A DNA stretch of 64,000 bases from an uncultured Gammaproteobacteria bacterium (GTDB taxonomy: Bacteria > Patescibacteriota > Patescibacteriia > UBA11705), in contig CAYPSS010000005.1 of NCBI GenBank assembly GCA_964413735.1, positions 4,398 to 68,397 on the forward strand. Direction: 5' to 3'. The notes below the pieces were generated by a model. It was not told the DNA's origin, searched no databases, and saw only the letters and a list, made by a program, of their open reading frames with translations. Both the position numbers and the translations under genes were made by a program. Shown here in pieces: positions 38,304-48,671 of the stretch (the stretch's first letter is position 1; every line of letters starts with the position of its first letter).

Positions 38304-41300
38304 TCATTTCAATTCCACACTGGACTCCCCCAATAATTGATTGATCACATCGACCAAAGACAAACAATATTTGACCCGAAAATTGGTTTTGACCATTTTA
38401 TTGTCGATTTTAAGAAATACTTGATTGTCTCCACGATATTGATTAAAAATAGTTTTCAATTTCTCGGCCAAAATCAAATCCGCGCCTTTGGGATACTTGA
38501 TCAAAACGGTTTTCTTATTTAATCCTTGAGGTTGAAACTGTTTGGCTTTTTGATTCACTTCATTAACATTGTTGATCGTCAAATCCCAAATCGCGTTAGC
38601 CAAAATTTTTGGTTCATTGTCCTTCAAACTCACTTGACCATGAATAACAATGAATTTTTCCGGCTGCAACATACTTTCCGTTTCCTTGAATAATTTGGGA
38701 AAGACAATCAATTCTACGCCCGTTAAATTATCTTCTATTCGCACAAAAAGCATAGGTTCACCTTTGGCGGTAATGATTTTTTTTATTGAAGTAATCACCC
38801 CACTAACCACCACTGGCGCGCGGTCAATAAATTCTTCATGTAAAATTCGAGACGGAGTATAAAAATTTTCATCCAATTTACCAATAAATTCCGTAAACGG
38901 GTGTTCGGAAACATAAAGACCCAAGAATTCTTTTTCCCAAGACAACCGTTGCGCCTTACTGGCGGTCTCCACTTCGATTAAGGAAAGTGTCGGTAAATTA
39001 CTGGCGCCATTCAAACTAAACAAATTAGCTTGTTTTTTGTTTTCTTCTTCATCAATGGCCTTAATAAATCTAATAATCCGATCAATATTTTCCAGAGCAC
39101 TGTTTCTTTCCACCAATTTATCCAAAGCTCCGCTTTTGGCCAACCCTTCAATTGACTTTTTATTCAAATCTTTTGACTTTACTCGAATTAATAAATCTTC
39201 CAAATTTTCAAATCGACCAAACCTTTTTCTTTCATGGATAATTTCTTTGACAATATTTTCACCTAAATTTCGTATCGCTTGCAAACCAAAACGAATTGTG
39301 GGTTTATTGTTTTTTAATGATTCCGCCACCACCGTAAAAGTGGTGAAACTTTCATTAATATCCGGTGGCAAAACTTCTATCCCCACTTGTTTACATTCAT
39401 CAATTTCAATAGCCACCCGATCCATATCTTGTTGATCACTGGTCAAAAGAGACGCCATAAATTCTACCGGATAATTAGCTTTCAAATAAGCGGTTTGATA
39501 AGCAATCAAAGCATAACAAGCAGCATGAGATTTATTAAAACCATATTCAGCAAACTTTTCCATACTGGAAAAAGTTTCTTCTGCCAATTTGCGGGGTAAA
39601 TGTCGAGATACACAACCATCAACAAAATCTTTTTTCATTTTGGCCATTAAATCCGCAATTTTCTTACCCATAGCCTTACGCAAAGTATCTGCCTGACCAC
39701 CGGTAAACCCCGCCATATCCTTTGACAATTGCATTACTTGTTCTTGATAGACAATTACGCCATAAGTATTTTTCAAGGCATTTTCCATAATCGGATGCGG
39801 ATATGATACTGTCTTGCGACCATGTTTACGATCAATAAATTCTTCCACCATACCGGAATTTAATGGACCGGGACGATACAATGAAACCATCGCAATCAAA
39901 TCTTCAAATTGCGTTGGTTTTAATTGACGCAAATATCTTTTCATCCCACTTGATTCAAATTGAAAAACTCCAGTAGTTTTTCCTTGTTGAAACAATTTAA
40001 AAGCTTTTTCATCATCTTGCGGAATTTTATCAATATCAATTTTTACTTGATGAATTTTTTCAATCACTTCACAAGCATGTTGGATAATAGTTAAGTTTTT
40101 TAATCCCAAAAAGTCCATTTTCAATAAACCTAAATCTTCTACCGGATGCAAAGAATATTGTGAAACAATATCTTGATCAGAAGTGGCGGAATATTGGACC
40201 GGCGTATATTCTGTCAGTGCTTTGGGAGTAATTAAAACACCACAAGCATGGGTCGAACTATGTCGTGCCACACCTTCCAATTTCAAAGAAAAATCAAGTA
40301 ATCGTTTGGCGTCAGAATTTGCCTTATATAAATCATTTAATTCAATATTTTGATTAATGGCATTTTCCAAAGTCATCCCCATTGGCACCATTTTTGCCAC
40401 TTTATCACAAAATGAATATGGCATATCCAAAACTCGACCCACATCACGCACCGCGGCACGTGCCGCCATTGTCCCAAATGTTATAATTTGCGCCACTTTA
40501 TCTTTGCCATATTTATTTTCCACATATCGCAACACATCGGCCCGTCGAACATCGGCAAAATCAGTATCAATATCAGGCATTGATATTCGATCGGGATTCA
40601 AAAATCGTTCAAACAACAAATCATAATCAAGCGGATTTAGATTGGTAATTTTGGTTAGATAAGCCACCAAACTTCCGGCCGCCGAACCACGTCCCGGGCC
40701 AACCACAATACCGTTGTTTTTCGCCCACACAATAAAATCTTGAACAATCAAAAAATAAGAAGCGTATCCGGTTTTTTCAATAACACTGAGTTCATAAGAT
40801 AAACGATCAATGATTTGTTTTTGTTCTTCAGTAGTAACATTTGAAGCCTCAAATCCAAAACGCTCCTTAATTCCCAAATGACAAAGATGGGTTAAATATT
40901 CAAAATCAGTTTGTCCCTCCGGTACGGCAAATTCCGGCAATTGAATTACACCTAAAGGAATCTCCAAATTACATTTTTGCGCCACCGTCAAAGTATTTTC
41001 AAGCACTTCTTTGTTTCCTCGGAAAAAACCGGCCATTTGCGCACTGGTGTAAAGAGAAAAATCTTCCCCCAAATAACTCATGCGATTTTCATCGGTAATT
41101 TTTTTCTTAGTCTGCAAACAAATTAAAATATCATGAGCTTCCGCATCTTGAGTATTTAAGTAATGCACATCATTGGTCGCCACCACCGGAATATTTAATT
41201 TTTTGCCCAATTCAAAAATTTTATCATTAACGATTTTTTGCTCGGGCAAATTTGGATGATGTTGCACTTCCAAATAATAATTACCTTCCCCAAATAAATT

Positions 41301-41786
41301 TAAATATTTTTTCGCGAGTGCTTCAAGTTGATCATCTTTTTGTTGATTTAATATCGCTCGTGGCAATTCTCCTTGCTGACAAGCGGACAAACAAATCAAA
41401 CCTTCATGGTATTGCTCTAATACTTCCCAATCAATTCGCGGTTTATAATAAAAGCCTTCCAAATAAGCAATACTGGTTAATTTAATCAAATTTTGATAAC
41501 CCTGATAATCTTTGGCTAATAAAATCACGTGAAAACGACGCTCTGTAGCATGTTCTTTTTTCAATCGTCCATTTTCCGCAATATAGGCCTCAACTCCGAT
41601 AATCGGTTTGATTCCTGCTTTTTTGCATTTTTGGTAAAACTCAATTGCCCCATACATGGAACCATGATCAGTCAACGCCAAAGCCGGCATCCCGTCCGAA
41701 GCTGCTTTTTGCACTAAATCATCGATTTTTGCCAAGCCATCAAGTAATGAATAATGACTATGGACATGAAGGTGAACAAAACTCAT
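38304..41786 (-). CDS. dnaE: DNA polymerase III alpha subunit
   Basis: 1160 aa with an N-terminal PHP domain (HLHVHSHYSLLDG), the polymerase core and an OB-fold tail. Confidence 0.95.
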   Translation of the reverse strand: MSFVHLHVHSHYSLLDGLAKIDDLVQKAASDGMPALALTDHGSMYGAIEFYQKCKKAGIKPIIGVEAYIAENGRLKKEHATERRFHVILLAKDYQGYQNLIKLTSIAYLEGFYYKPRIDWEVLEQYHEGLICLSACQQGELPRAILNQQKDDQLEALAKKYLNLFGEGNYYLEVQHHPNLPEQKIVNDKIFELGKKLNIPVVATNDVHYLNTQDAEAHDILICLQTKKKITDENRMSYLGEDFSLYTSAQMAGFFRGNKEVLENTLTVAQKCNLEIPLGVIQLPEFAVPEGQTDFEYLTHLCHLGIKERFGFEASNVTTEEQKQIIDRLSYELSVIEKTGYASYFLIVQDFIVWAKNNGIVVGPGRGSAAGSLVAYLTKITNLNPLDYDLLFERFLNPDRISMPDIDTDFADVRRADVLRYVENKYGKDKVAQIITFGTMAARAAVRDVGRVLDMPYSFCDKVAKMVPMGMTLENAINQNIELNDLYKANSDAKRLLDFSLKLEGVARHSSTHACGVLITPKALTEYTPVQYSATSDQDIVSQYSLHPVEDLGLLKMDFLGLKNLTIIQHACEVIEKIHQVKIDIDKIPQDDEKAFKLFQQGKTTGVFQFESSGMKRYLRQLKPTQFEDLIAMVSLYRPGPLNSGMVEEFIDRKHGRKTVSYPHPIMENALKNTYGVIVYQEQVMQLSKDMAGFTGGQADTLRKAMGKKIADLMAKMKKDFVDGCVSRHLPRKLAEETFSSMEKFAEYGFNKSHAACYALIAYQTAYLKANYPVEFMASLLTSDQQDMDRVAIEIDECKQVGIEVLPPDINESFTTFTVVAESLKNNKPTIRFGLQAIRNLGENIVKEIIHERKRFGRFENLEDLLIRVKSKDLNKKSIEGLAKSGALDKLVERNSALENIDRIIRFIKAIDEEENKKQANLFSLNGASNLPTLSLIEVETASKAQRLSWEKEFLGLYVSEHPFTEFIGKLDENFYTPSRILHEEFIDRAPVVVSGVITSIKKIITAKGEPMLFVRIEDNLTGVELIVFPKLFKETESMLQPEKFIVIHGQVSLKDNEPKILANAIWDLTINNVNEVNQKAKQFQPQGLNKKTVLIKYPKGADLILAEKLKTIFNQYRGDNQVFLKIDNKMVKTNFRVKYCLSLVDVINQLLGESSVELK

Positions 41787-41851
41787 AATAATTTATTGAT
41801 TCCTTCACCAGTTTAACAAATTTTTATCCGCAAAACAAACTGACTTTTCAA

Positions 41852-41882
41852 CAAAAAAGCACTTTGCATTGCAAAGTGCTTG
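41852..41882 (-). terminator. Intrinsic terminator after a small GC-rich locus
   Basis: Minus strand: AAGCACTTTGCA-atg-CAAAGTGCTT followed by T6. Confidence 0.55.
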
Positions 41883-41888
41883 AGGCCC

Positions 41889-42113
41889 TACTGAGCCTCC
41901 TTCTTTTCGAAAACATCAATCTCATCATCCTCAGCTTCCTCGAAGGCCTTCTTGGTCTTCTTCGAAGTAACGATCGGATAGTCGAGACCTAGTCATGGTC
42001 GAACGATTTTTCAGTGTTTGGCGGAATTCCAATGGTAAGCGTTGGCAAATCGTTGAGTCCTCGTTGTTGTCCATTGAACAGATCGTGTTCATGACATCAA
42101 TGATTCTAATCAT
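41889..42113 (-). other. Small GC-rich locus with coding potential in two overlapping minus-strand frames (frameshifted small gene or sRNA)
   Basis: The track ORF 41931..42113 (60 aa) ends in '..SDRYFEEDQEGLRGS'. A second frame continues as '..SKKTKKAFEEAEDDEIDVFEKKEAQ*' (stop at about 41889). That frame has no start codon but strong codon structure, and its stop directly abuts the terminator hairpin. The locus is bracketed by terminators at 41852-41882 and 42128-42160. Confidence 0.3.
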
Positions 42114-42165
42114 GCTTTTATGAAACTTAAAACCGGATCAAATTGACCGGTTTTTTTAATTCAAA

Positions 42166-44145
42166 TTATTCTATCGTTAAAGTATATAGTTGATCCTTGG
42201 TAATTTTTTCAGAAAACTGTATTTGATCGATTTTTTTTTCCGAACCAACCGCGGATATTTTTCTACCCAAATTAAGATTTAAATTAACCAACAGTTCCGA
42301 CACGCCAGATTGCTTTTGAATCAATAACTGATAATTACCATTATTCAAAGATTGATAAACACTATCCGGCAAATCATAAACATATTTCAAAGTTTTACTT
42401 TGTTTGGGTTCCACTTCAAAAAAATAACCAAAAACCGTTTTCCCCGACTCTTGAGAAAAATCAATTTCTTTGAAATCAATTTCCCGATTATTAAGTTCCA
42501 GTTTCTTCAATTGACTGCCAAGCGGAACATAAATTCTGGTGTAGCTACGATAACGCGTTGTTCGCCAATCAAAATATCCATCATTGGTGTACTTAACCGT
42601 TAATTCAGCCTGCAAACCATTGACGCGCGGTTTAACAACATATGAAATTTCTCGTTTCACCAACCGATCGGTTTTCAAAGCCGCTAAATTCGCATCCACC
42701 ACTTGCAAATAATCACCCAAAGTTTCAATCACCCGACCGGCCCAATACTTATTTTCAATATAATTCTGAACATCACTGTTTTTACTGTATAGTAAAATTG
42801 ATTTGTTATTTAAATTTTGTTCCAAAACATTTAAAAATTCCGGCCAACGTGAAACCGGCGTAGCATATAAACGCGCTTCCAATTCCTTGGCTAACTTACC
42901 AATAATTTCTTTTCTTTGTGTTAAATCAATCCCGGCTTTTAAATATCCCAATTCCACTTGATACTCCAATTCATCAACAAAATTATTTTGATCAAATGTT
43001 AAATCCTCAATGGTAATCGGCCCGAAAAAACCCAACAAACTGGCAATCACATCTGGGTTAATGGCAATTACACCATGAATGTTGTTTTCCATTCCGCCCT
43101 GCCAATGATAAAAATCCTCAACATTTTTCGCGGAAGTGGGAAAATCCGGCCACCAATTGGAATCACGCATATACCAATTTGGTTGTGCCATATATTTGGT
43201 AATTGGCGCTGGTGGTTGACGCGAAGGCAAATCCAAAGCTTTCACATCAATATTATAAATATTATCCGTAACAAAAGAAATCAAATCACCATTTTTTATT
43301 TTCACAATTCCATATTGCCCTAAAAATCCACCGCTGGGACGAAGTTCATGATTATTTTGCAACAAAAACAAATATGTTTTTTCTTGATCCAACCCGGCCA
43401 CTTCCGGCAATATTTTGGAAGCTTGAGCAAACTGTTTCACCCCACCGATAACCGCTGGTAAATATTGGGACAAAGGCTGAATAATTGAACCGAAATACTT
43501 GGAATTTTTGTGCGGTTGCAGTCGCGCATAAGCTTGCTCCACTTCAATAATTTTATTTTCATTTTTCTGTAAATAGTCACCTAATTCCACTAACTTTTCC
43601 AATAACATTTTCCTGTTTTCGCCGGAAATATCCGCCAAAACAATTGAATCAGTATGCAACACATTTAACAATTCCTCGCCAAAACCAGAAATCTCCACCA
43701 GCATCTCAGTCAAATTATTTGCCACAATCAAAAGATCATCCACTATTTGCAATTGTTCATTGATCGGAGTAAATCGAGTAAACCCCAAAGAACGGATTTG
43801 TCCGATTATTTGACTGATTAAGAAAAAATTTTCATTGGCGGCGGAAAACTCGGTTTGCGCCAAAGAAAATCTTTGTTCAACAAAAAGATTTTGTCCTTGA
43901 TCCAAATGTTGAAGCGCTTGATCAGCGTTTTGTGTAATTTGCTTGACCGGCGTAGCAAAATAATAAAAAGCGCCTCCGATAATAAGCGCTCCCAAAATAA
44001 TTAAAACTAAAATTGACCACAAAATCGCCGGCCACACATGTAAAAATAAATTCAATAAATTTTTTGGCCCATTACCAACATTTTTCCAAGTATTTTGATT
44101 TTTTTCTTTTTTTAACTGCTGTAAAAAATTTTGTTCTCCCTCCAT
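42166..44145 (-). CDS. Large membrane-anchored extracytoplasmic protein, function unknown (adjacent to the glycosyltransferase cluster)
   Basis: 659 aa with an N-terminal TM (ILWSILVLIILGALIIGGAFYYF) and no catalytic motif recognised. It resembles the DUF-type accessory proteins found beside polysaccharide-synthesis genes. Confidence 0.45.
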   Translation of the reverse strand: MEGEQNFLQQLKKEKNQNTWKNVGNGPKNLLNLFLHVWPAILWSILVLIILGALIIGGAFYYFATPVKQITQNADQALQHLDQGQNLFVEQRFSLAQTEFSAANENFFLISQIIGQIRSLGFTRFTPINEQLQIVDDLLIVANNLTEMLVEISGFGEELLNVLHTDSIVLADISGENRKMLLEKLVELGDYLQKNENKIIEVEQAYARLQPHKNSKYFGSIIQPLSQYLPAVIGGVKQFAQASKILPEVAGLDQEKTYLFLLQNNHELRPSGGFLGQYGIVKIKNGDLISFVTDNIYNIDVKALDLPSRQPPAPITKYMAQPNWYMRDSNWWPDFPTSAKNVEDFYHWQGGMENNIHGVIAINPDVIASLLGFFGPITIEDLTFDQNNFVDELEYQVELGYLKAGIDLTQRKEIIGKLAKELEARLYATPVSRWPEFLNVLEQNLNNKSILLYSKNSDVQNYIENKYWAGRVIETLGDYLQVVDANLAALKTDRLVKREISYVVKPRVNGLQAELTVKYTNDGYFDWRTTRYRSYTRIYVPLGSQLKKLELNNREIDFKEIDFSQESGKTVFGYFFEVEPKQSKTLKYVYDLPDSVYQSLNNGNYQLLIQKQSGVSELLVNLNLNLGRKISAVGSEKKIDQIQFSEKITKDQLYTLTIE

Positions 44146-44151
44146 ATTTTT

Positions 44152-44931
44152 TTAGCGATATTTCCATAAGTAACGACCCCAACTTTTGACATGACTACGC
44201 GTTAGTTTGTTGGTAAAAATTTGCCATAAACCGCCACCGCTCATTCGCATATGCATATGAATTACCGCCACTTCCCCCAAATAAACTACTTTATATCCCG
44301 CCAGCCAAATTCGACGACACAAATCAGTATCCTCAAAATACATAAAAAAACTCTCATCAAACAACCCGACTTCCTGGAAAATTCGCGCCGGCAACATCAT
44401 ACATGATCCTTGCACCCAATCAACATCTTTTACTCCCTGATGATCATAATCAAGCATTAAAAATTTATCAATTTTCTTTTTAATAAACGGAATTTTTTGC
44501 AAACCGGTTCGACGATACAAAGGGGTTAAAGTTTCATGCCATCGATAACAAGTATATTGCAATGAATGATCGGGATTTAGAAGTTTTGGAGCAATCAAAC
44601 CAATCTTTTGATGATTTTTTAAATATTGGAGCATTGCTTTAATACTATCACCGGTAATATAAATATCCGGATTAAGAATCAATATATATTCACCGCGTGC
44701 CACTTTGATGCCAGCATTGTTTCCGGCGCCCATACCCGAATTTTTACCGGTCTGAATAAATTTTACACTGGGGAAATCCGTTTTGATCAGCTGTTCCAAA
44801 TCATCACCCGAGTTATTATCAACTACAATAATTTCAAAATTCAAATCCGGTGGATTTTCCTGCAAATATCGTAAACAATTGCGAACCAATCGTTTCATTT
44901 TATAACTGAGAATGACAATTGATAATTCCAT
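44152..44931 (-). CDS. Family-2 glycosyltransferase
   Basis: 259 aa with 'IVILSYKM', 'VVDNNSGDD' and a DxD region. Confidence 0.8.
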   Translation of the reverse strand: MELSIVILSYKMKRLVRNCLRYLQENPPDLNFEIIVVDNNSGDDLEQLIKTDFPSVKFIQTGKNSGMGAGNNAGIKVARGEYILILNPDIYITGDSIKAMLQYLKNHQKIGLIAPKLLNPDHSLQYTCYRWHETLTPLYRRTGLQKIPFIKKKIDKFLMLDYDHQGVKDVDWVQGSCMMLPARIFQEVGLFDESFFMYFEDTDLCRRIWLAGYKVVYLGEVAVIHMHMRMSGGGLWQIFTNKLTRSHVKSWGRYLWKYR

Positions 44932-44935
44932 ATGA

Positions 44936-45958
44936 TTATTTTAACCACCGCTCAATTTGTATCAGATCAATTTTTTTCTGTTCCATGATAATTTTTCTTT
45001 TGGCTAATAATGATTGGCGATTTTGATAAATCATTTTCCAAGCTTTCAATGTCCGCGGTTCTAAAAATAAAACATAAAAAAACTTCAATAGTTCATAACC
45101 AAATACCGGAGAAAAATAATGCCAATTAAAAATCGGTAAATTTTTAATCAATAAATACCAGTGGTTGCGATATGACAAATAATTGATAAACTTTGATTTT
45201 CGTCGACGATTCCTAATAATGGATTTGTTTTTCCCCTTTACCGGTTCCGCGGTGGTACGATCATGATAAGCAATCGCGGAGGGGACTTTATAAGACTCCC
45301 AGCCCTGATAACGCAATCGATAAGCCAAATCAACATCTTCCTTGTAAACCGGAGAAAAATCTTCATCAAAAAATTGATTATTGATTTTGATAGATTCCAA
45401 GGCTGAGCGACGATAAATTCCAATCGCACCGGATACACCGAAAATTTCTTCAATCGCATCATATTGCATTTCATCCAATTCACCGGATCCAATTTCCGAA
45501 AAACAATGATTTCGTTTAATTTGCAAGCCTAATGAATCAATGTATTTGGTTTTGTTCCCCTCTTGCAAGCGTAAAATTTTACCGGTAACTGATCCAACCT
45601 TGGGATGTTCATCTAAAAATTCAATGGTTTTTGCCAAAAAATCAGGTTCAAGCACAACATCTTGATTCAAAACTACCACATAATCGCTCTTTGACCAATG
45701 AATCGCCTGATTATGCGCTTTGGAAAATCCCAAATTTTCCCGATGTCGCACCACTTTCAAATGAGGATATTTTTCCAAAATTATTTCCACCGTATCATCA
45801 GCGGAATTATTATCAATAACCAATATTGAAAAATCAGTCATTGTTTGAGCAAACAATGATTGTAAACAATCATTAATATATTTGGCCCCATTCCAAGTGA
45901 CCAAATTAATAGAAACCTTCATAATAAAATAATTTATCTTTTTTTCGGTGTAACCCAA
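44936..45958 (-). CDS. Family-2 glycosyltransferase
   Basis: 340 aa with 'VSINLVTWNGAKY' and 'IDNNSADDT'. It overlaps the upstream GT2 gene by 25 nt. Confidence 0.8.
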   Translation of the reverse strand: MGYTEKKINYFIMKVSINLVTWNGAKYINDCLQSLFAQTMTDFSILVIDNNSADDTVEIILEKYPHLKVVRHRENLGFSKAHNQAIHWSKSDYVVVLNQDVVLEPDFLAKTIEFLDEHPKVGSVTGKILRLQEGNKTKYIDSLGLQIKRNHCFSEIGSGELDEMQYDAIEEIFGVSGAIGIYRRSALESIKINNQFFDEDFSPVYKEDVDLAYRLRYQGWESYKVPSAIAYHDRTTAEPVKGKNKSIIRNRRRKSKFINYLSYRNHWYLLIKNLPIFNWHYFSPVFGYELLKFFYVLFLEPRTLKAWKMIYQNRQSLLAKRKIIMEQKKIDLIQIERWLK

Positions 45959-47421
45959 AAACCCAAATGATATTTTTTGCCCAGCATTAATCTGGTTTGC
46001 GATTCAATGGCCGGAATCGATCCAAACAAAATCAAAGTCACCGGCAACATTAACCATTGTAAAACCATCACCAACCATTTTTTTCGCGACTGCGATTGCG
46101 GTCGTGGCGGTAATACCTTCAAACTGAAAAAGGCGGAAAAGAAAATACCGATCATGGAAATTCCCATCAATTTCTCCAAAACATAAGGAGTGTTTTGAAT
46201 CAAAACCGATGATGAAAACTCCGACAATCCGGCAATAAACAATGGCAAACGACCTAAAACAAAAATCAAAATCGGTGCCGCTGCCCAAGAAAACATCCCC
46301 TCAATTGAATTAAAAGCATGCTTAAATTTAACCCATTTAGGAATTTCCGGATGATTTCTGAATTGCGCCATTAAATAAGGGAAATGCTCCACCCCCCACG
46401 CCCAACGACGTTGTTGCTTATATAAATTTTTCGCACTTTGCTTCAAAGTATCAGCACTGACATTATCCATGGAAACCGGAATATATAAAGGCACTACGGA
46501 AAAATTGCCATTATAACGGAAAAAACCTTGTAAAAAAATTCGAGAATCATCAGTCACAATGTCTTTTTGCCAAAAACCAATATCGACCAATGCTTTATAT
46601 GGCATAGAGTGTGAAGAAAAGGTATACATTCTTTCCGGTCGCGTTAACTCCGCCATTAACCAAAAAACCGTACCAAAAGCCGTAATACGCGCAATGGCCG
46701 GTGCTTCCCAAATATTATTATTATAAACCACCGCCGGTTGATAAGCTTTGTGAATCGGATCGTCCGTGGTTAAATATTTATAAGTCAAATATGAAAAATA
46801 ATCAGGATGAACACAAGTATCAGAATCAAAATACGAACACATAATATTTTCATAAGACAGTCCCATTTGATCAATCACTTTTCGCCCTTCATGTCCGGCG
46901 TAATGCGCATTAGCCCCCTTCCCCTTCATTTCATCCGGCAAACCATCGGGGTGAACGGTAAAAATTAATTTATAAAATATTTTTTCGTATTTTTCCTTTA
47001 ATAATTTTTCATTAGGCGCAAAACTATCCAAACAACGTTCTTCACCGGCCAAATGAATAATCATCTTATCTTTCGGATAAGTACTTTCCCTTAAACTTTT
47101 CAAAGTATTATCCAAAACTTCAAAAGGCTCTCCAGCTGTTGGTAATAAAATGTAATGATAAATTTCCGTCCATTTTGGTTGATCTTTTTCCAATTTTTGG
47201 AGCCAATTAACTTTATTGTCTTGACGGAAACGACGCCAAGAATAAATAACCAAAATAATAAAATAAACGATTCTAAATAACCACAACAAATCAAAAGCAA
47301 TAATAAAAAATATCACCCACAAAGGTCTAATAAATGACAAAACCAAAGAAGCGATAAAAACCGTCCACAAAATAGCGCCGGGTATAATTTCATGAATTCT
47401 TTTTTTGGTTTCCGGGGTCAT
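45934..47421 (-). CDS. Membrane-integrated processive family-2 glycosyltransferase (cellulose-synthase-like)
   Basis: 495 aa with N- and C-terminal TM helices, a DxD motif ('DSDTCVHPD') and the Q-x-x-R-W motif 'YKQQRRWAWG'. Confidence 0.75.
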   Translation of the reverse strand: MTPETKKRIHEIIPGAILWTVFIASLVLSFIRPLWVIFFIIAFDLLWLFRIVYFIILVIYSWRRFRQDNKVNWLQKLEKDQPKWTEIYHYILLPTAGEPFEVLDNTLKSLRESTYPKDKMIIHLAGEERCLDSFAPNEKLLKEKYEKIFYKLIFTVHPDGLPDEMKGKGANAHYAGHEGRKVIDQMGLSYENIMCSYFDSDTCVHPDYFSYLTYKYLTTDDPIHKAYQPAVVYNNNIWEAPAIARITAFGTVFWLMAELTRPERMYTFSSHSMPYKALVDIGFWQKDIVTDDSRIFLQGFFRYNGNFSVVPLYIPVSMDNVSADTLKQSAKNLYKQQRRWAWGVEHFPYLMAQFRNHPEIPKWVKFKHAFNSIEGMFSWAAAPILIFVLGRLPLFIAGLSEFSSSVLIQNTPYVLEKLMGISMIGIFFSAFFSLKVLPPRPQSQSRKKWLVMVLQWLMLPVTLILFGSIPAIESQTRLMLGKKYHLGFWVTPKKR

Positions 47422-47491
47422 AACACTAAACTTGGTTGATTAAAAATTAAAATCAAATTCATTGATATATTAGCGAAAAAATCATTTTTCG

Positions 47492-48649
47492 TCAATGTAC
47501 CAATTCATAAACAGCGTGCCCAAACCCAACCACAAACATAATAATCAAACCCCAGCCAATTAAGTGTAATTTAGGCAAAGAAAAAGCCGGCTTTTGATCA
47601 CCACTTTTTTTTGCTCGCCAAAAAGTGGCCACAATTAATACACCAGACAAACCAAAGGTTAAACTTCCGGCAATTTCAATGATTTTGATAAAATCTCGAC
47701 TGATAAACATAAATATCGCAAAGGGCACCGACACCACCAATAGCCAAGACAACCACAAAGGTATATGCATATCAAAGTGAAACATCTGGCGCAATGAAAG
47801 ACCAATGGTTATAAAACAAGTACTCATAGCCAAAGCCGCGAAAATATTTCCCAGAAGCAAAGCAAACTCTCCTAAACTTTCACCTATTCCAATGGTGGCG
47901 ATTTGCGTTGTTTGCAAACCGGTCACGCCAACCACCACGACTGCAAATATCGTGTACAAAATAATAGGAATGGAACTCCCTACAATAATCGCTCGATGCA
48001 CCAAGGCTTCTCGACCACGCAAAATTTCTCGTACAACAAAAATTGCGTTTATGCCACTAAAAGCAAACAACAATACACCATAGGTTAAAAAAATATTTTT
48101 CAAATCCATTGTTTGATAATTGGCAAAATCAATATGCGGAGCGCTGTAAAAAGATAAAATAATAATTACCGTCACCACCATTAAAACCATCCAAACATCA
48201 ATTACTTTAATGATTTTTATACCAATGAATAAAACCACTGCCGCGATTAAATAAAAAATTACACTAAATGTAAAAGCATTTTCCGGTTGATTAAACATTT
48301 CACTTAACACTCTTCCCTGCCCAATCAAATAAGCGGTTAACGCTCCAAAGGCCGCAATCGCAAAACTAACAAACTCCAAATAAGCCCATTTTTTCCCTAG
48401 ATATTTTTTCACCACGCCAACCACTTGATGTCTGAATTTGGTTCGCAAAAAAATTTCCGCCATCATTAAATGAATCATCATTATCGCCAAACCAATTAAA
48501 ATTAAAACCACCAATCCGGGGATTAACCCTGTTTGAGCAATCACATAAGGAATACCCAACACACCGGCCCCAATAATTGTACCCATCAAAGCGGCTACCG
48601 CCTGCCAAAATTGTTTTATTTTCCAAAAACTTTCTTTTTCTTGAAGCAT
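47492..48649 (-). CDS. Amino-acid permease-like transporter (HAAAP/aromatic amino-acid permease-like)
   Basis: 385 aa with about 11 TM helices. The N-terminal 'AVAALMGTIIGAGVLGIPYVIAQTG' resembles the amino-acid permease signature. Confidence 0.5.
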   Translation of the reverse strand: MLQEKESFWKIKQFWQAVAALMGTIIGAGVLGIPYVIAQTGLIPGLVVLILIGLAIMMIHLMMAEIFLRTKFRHQVVGVVKKYLGKKWAYLEFVSFAIAAFGALTAYLIGQGRVLSEMFNQPENAFTFSVIFYLIAAVVLFIGIKIIKVIDVWMVLMVVTVIIILSFYSAPHIDFANYQTMDLKNIFLTYGVLLFAFSGINAIFVVREILRGREALVHRAIIVGSSIPIILYTIFAVVVVGVTGLQTTQIATIGIGESLGEFALLLGNIFAALAMSTCFITIGLSLRQMFHFDMHIPLWLSWLLVVSVPFAIFMFISRDFIKIIEIAGSLTFGLSGVLIVATFWRAKKSGDQKPAFSLPKLHLIGWGLIIMFVVGFGHAVYELVH

Positions 48650-48671
48650 TTTGTTTTTATTATCAATTAAT

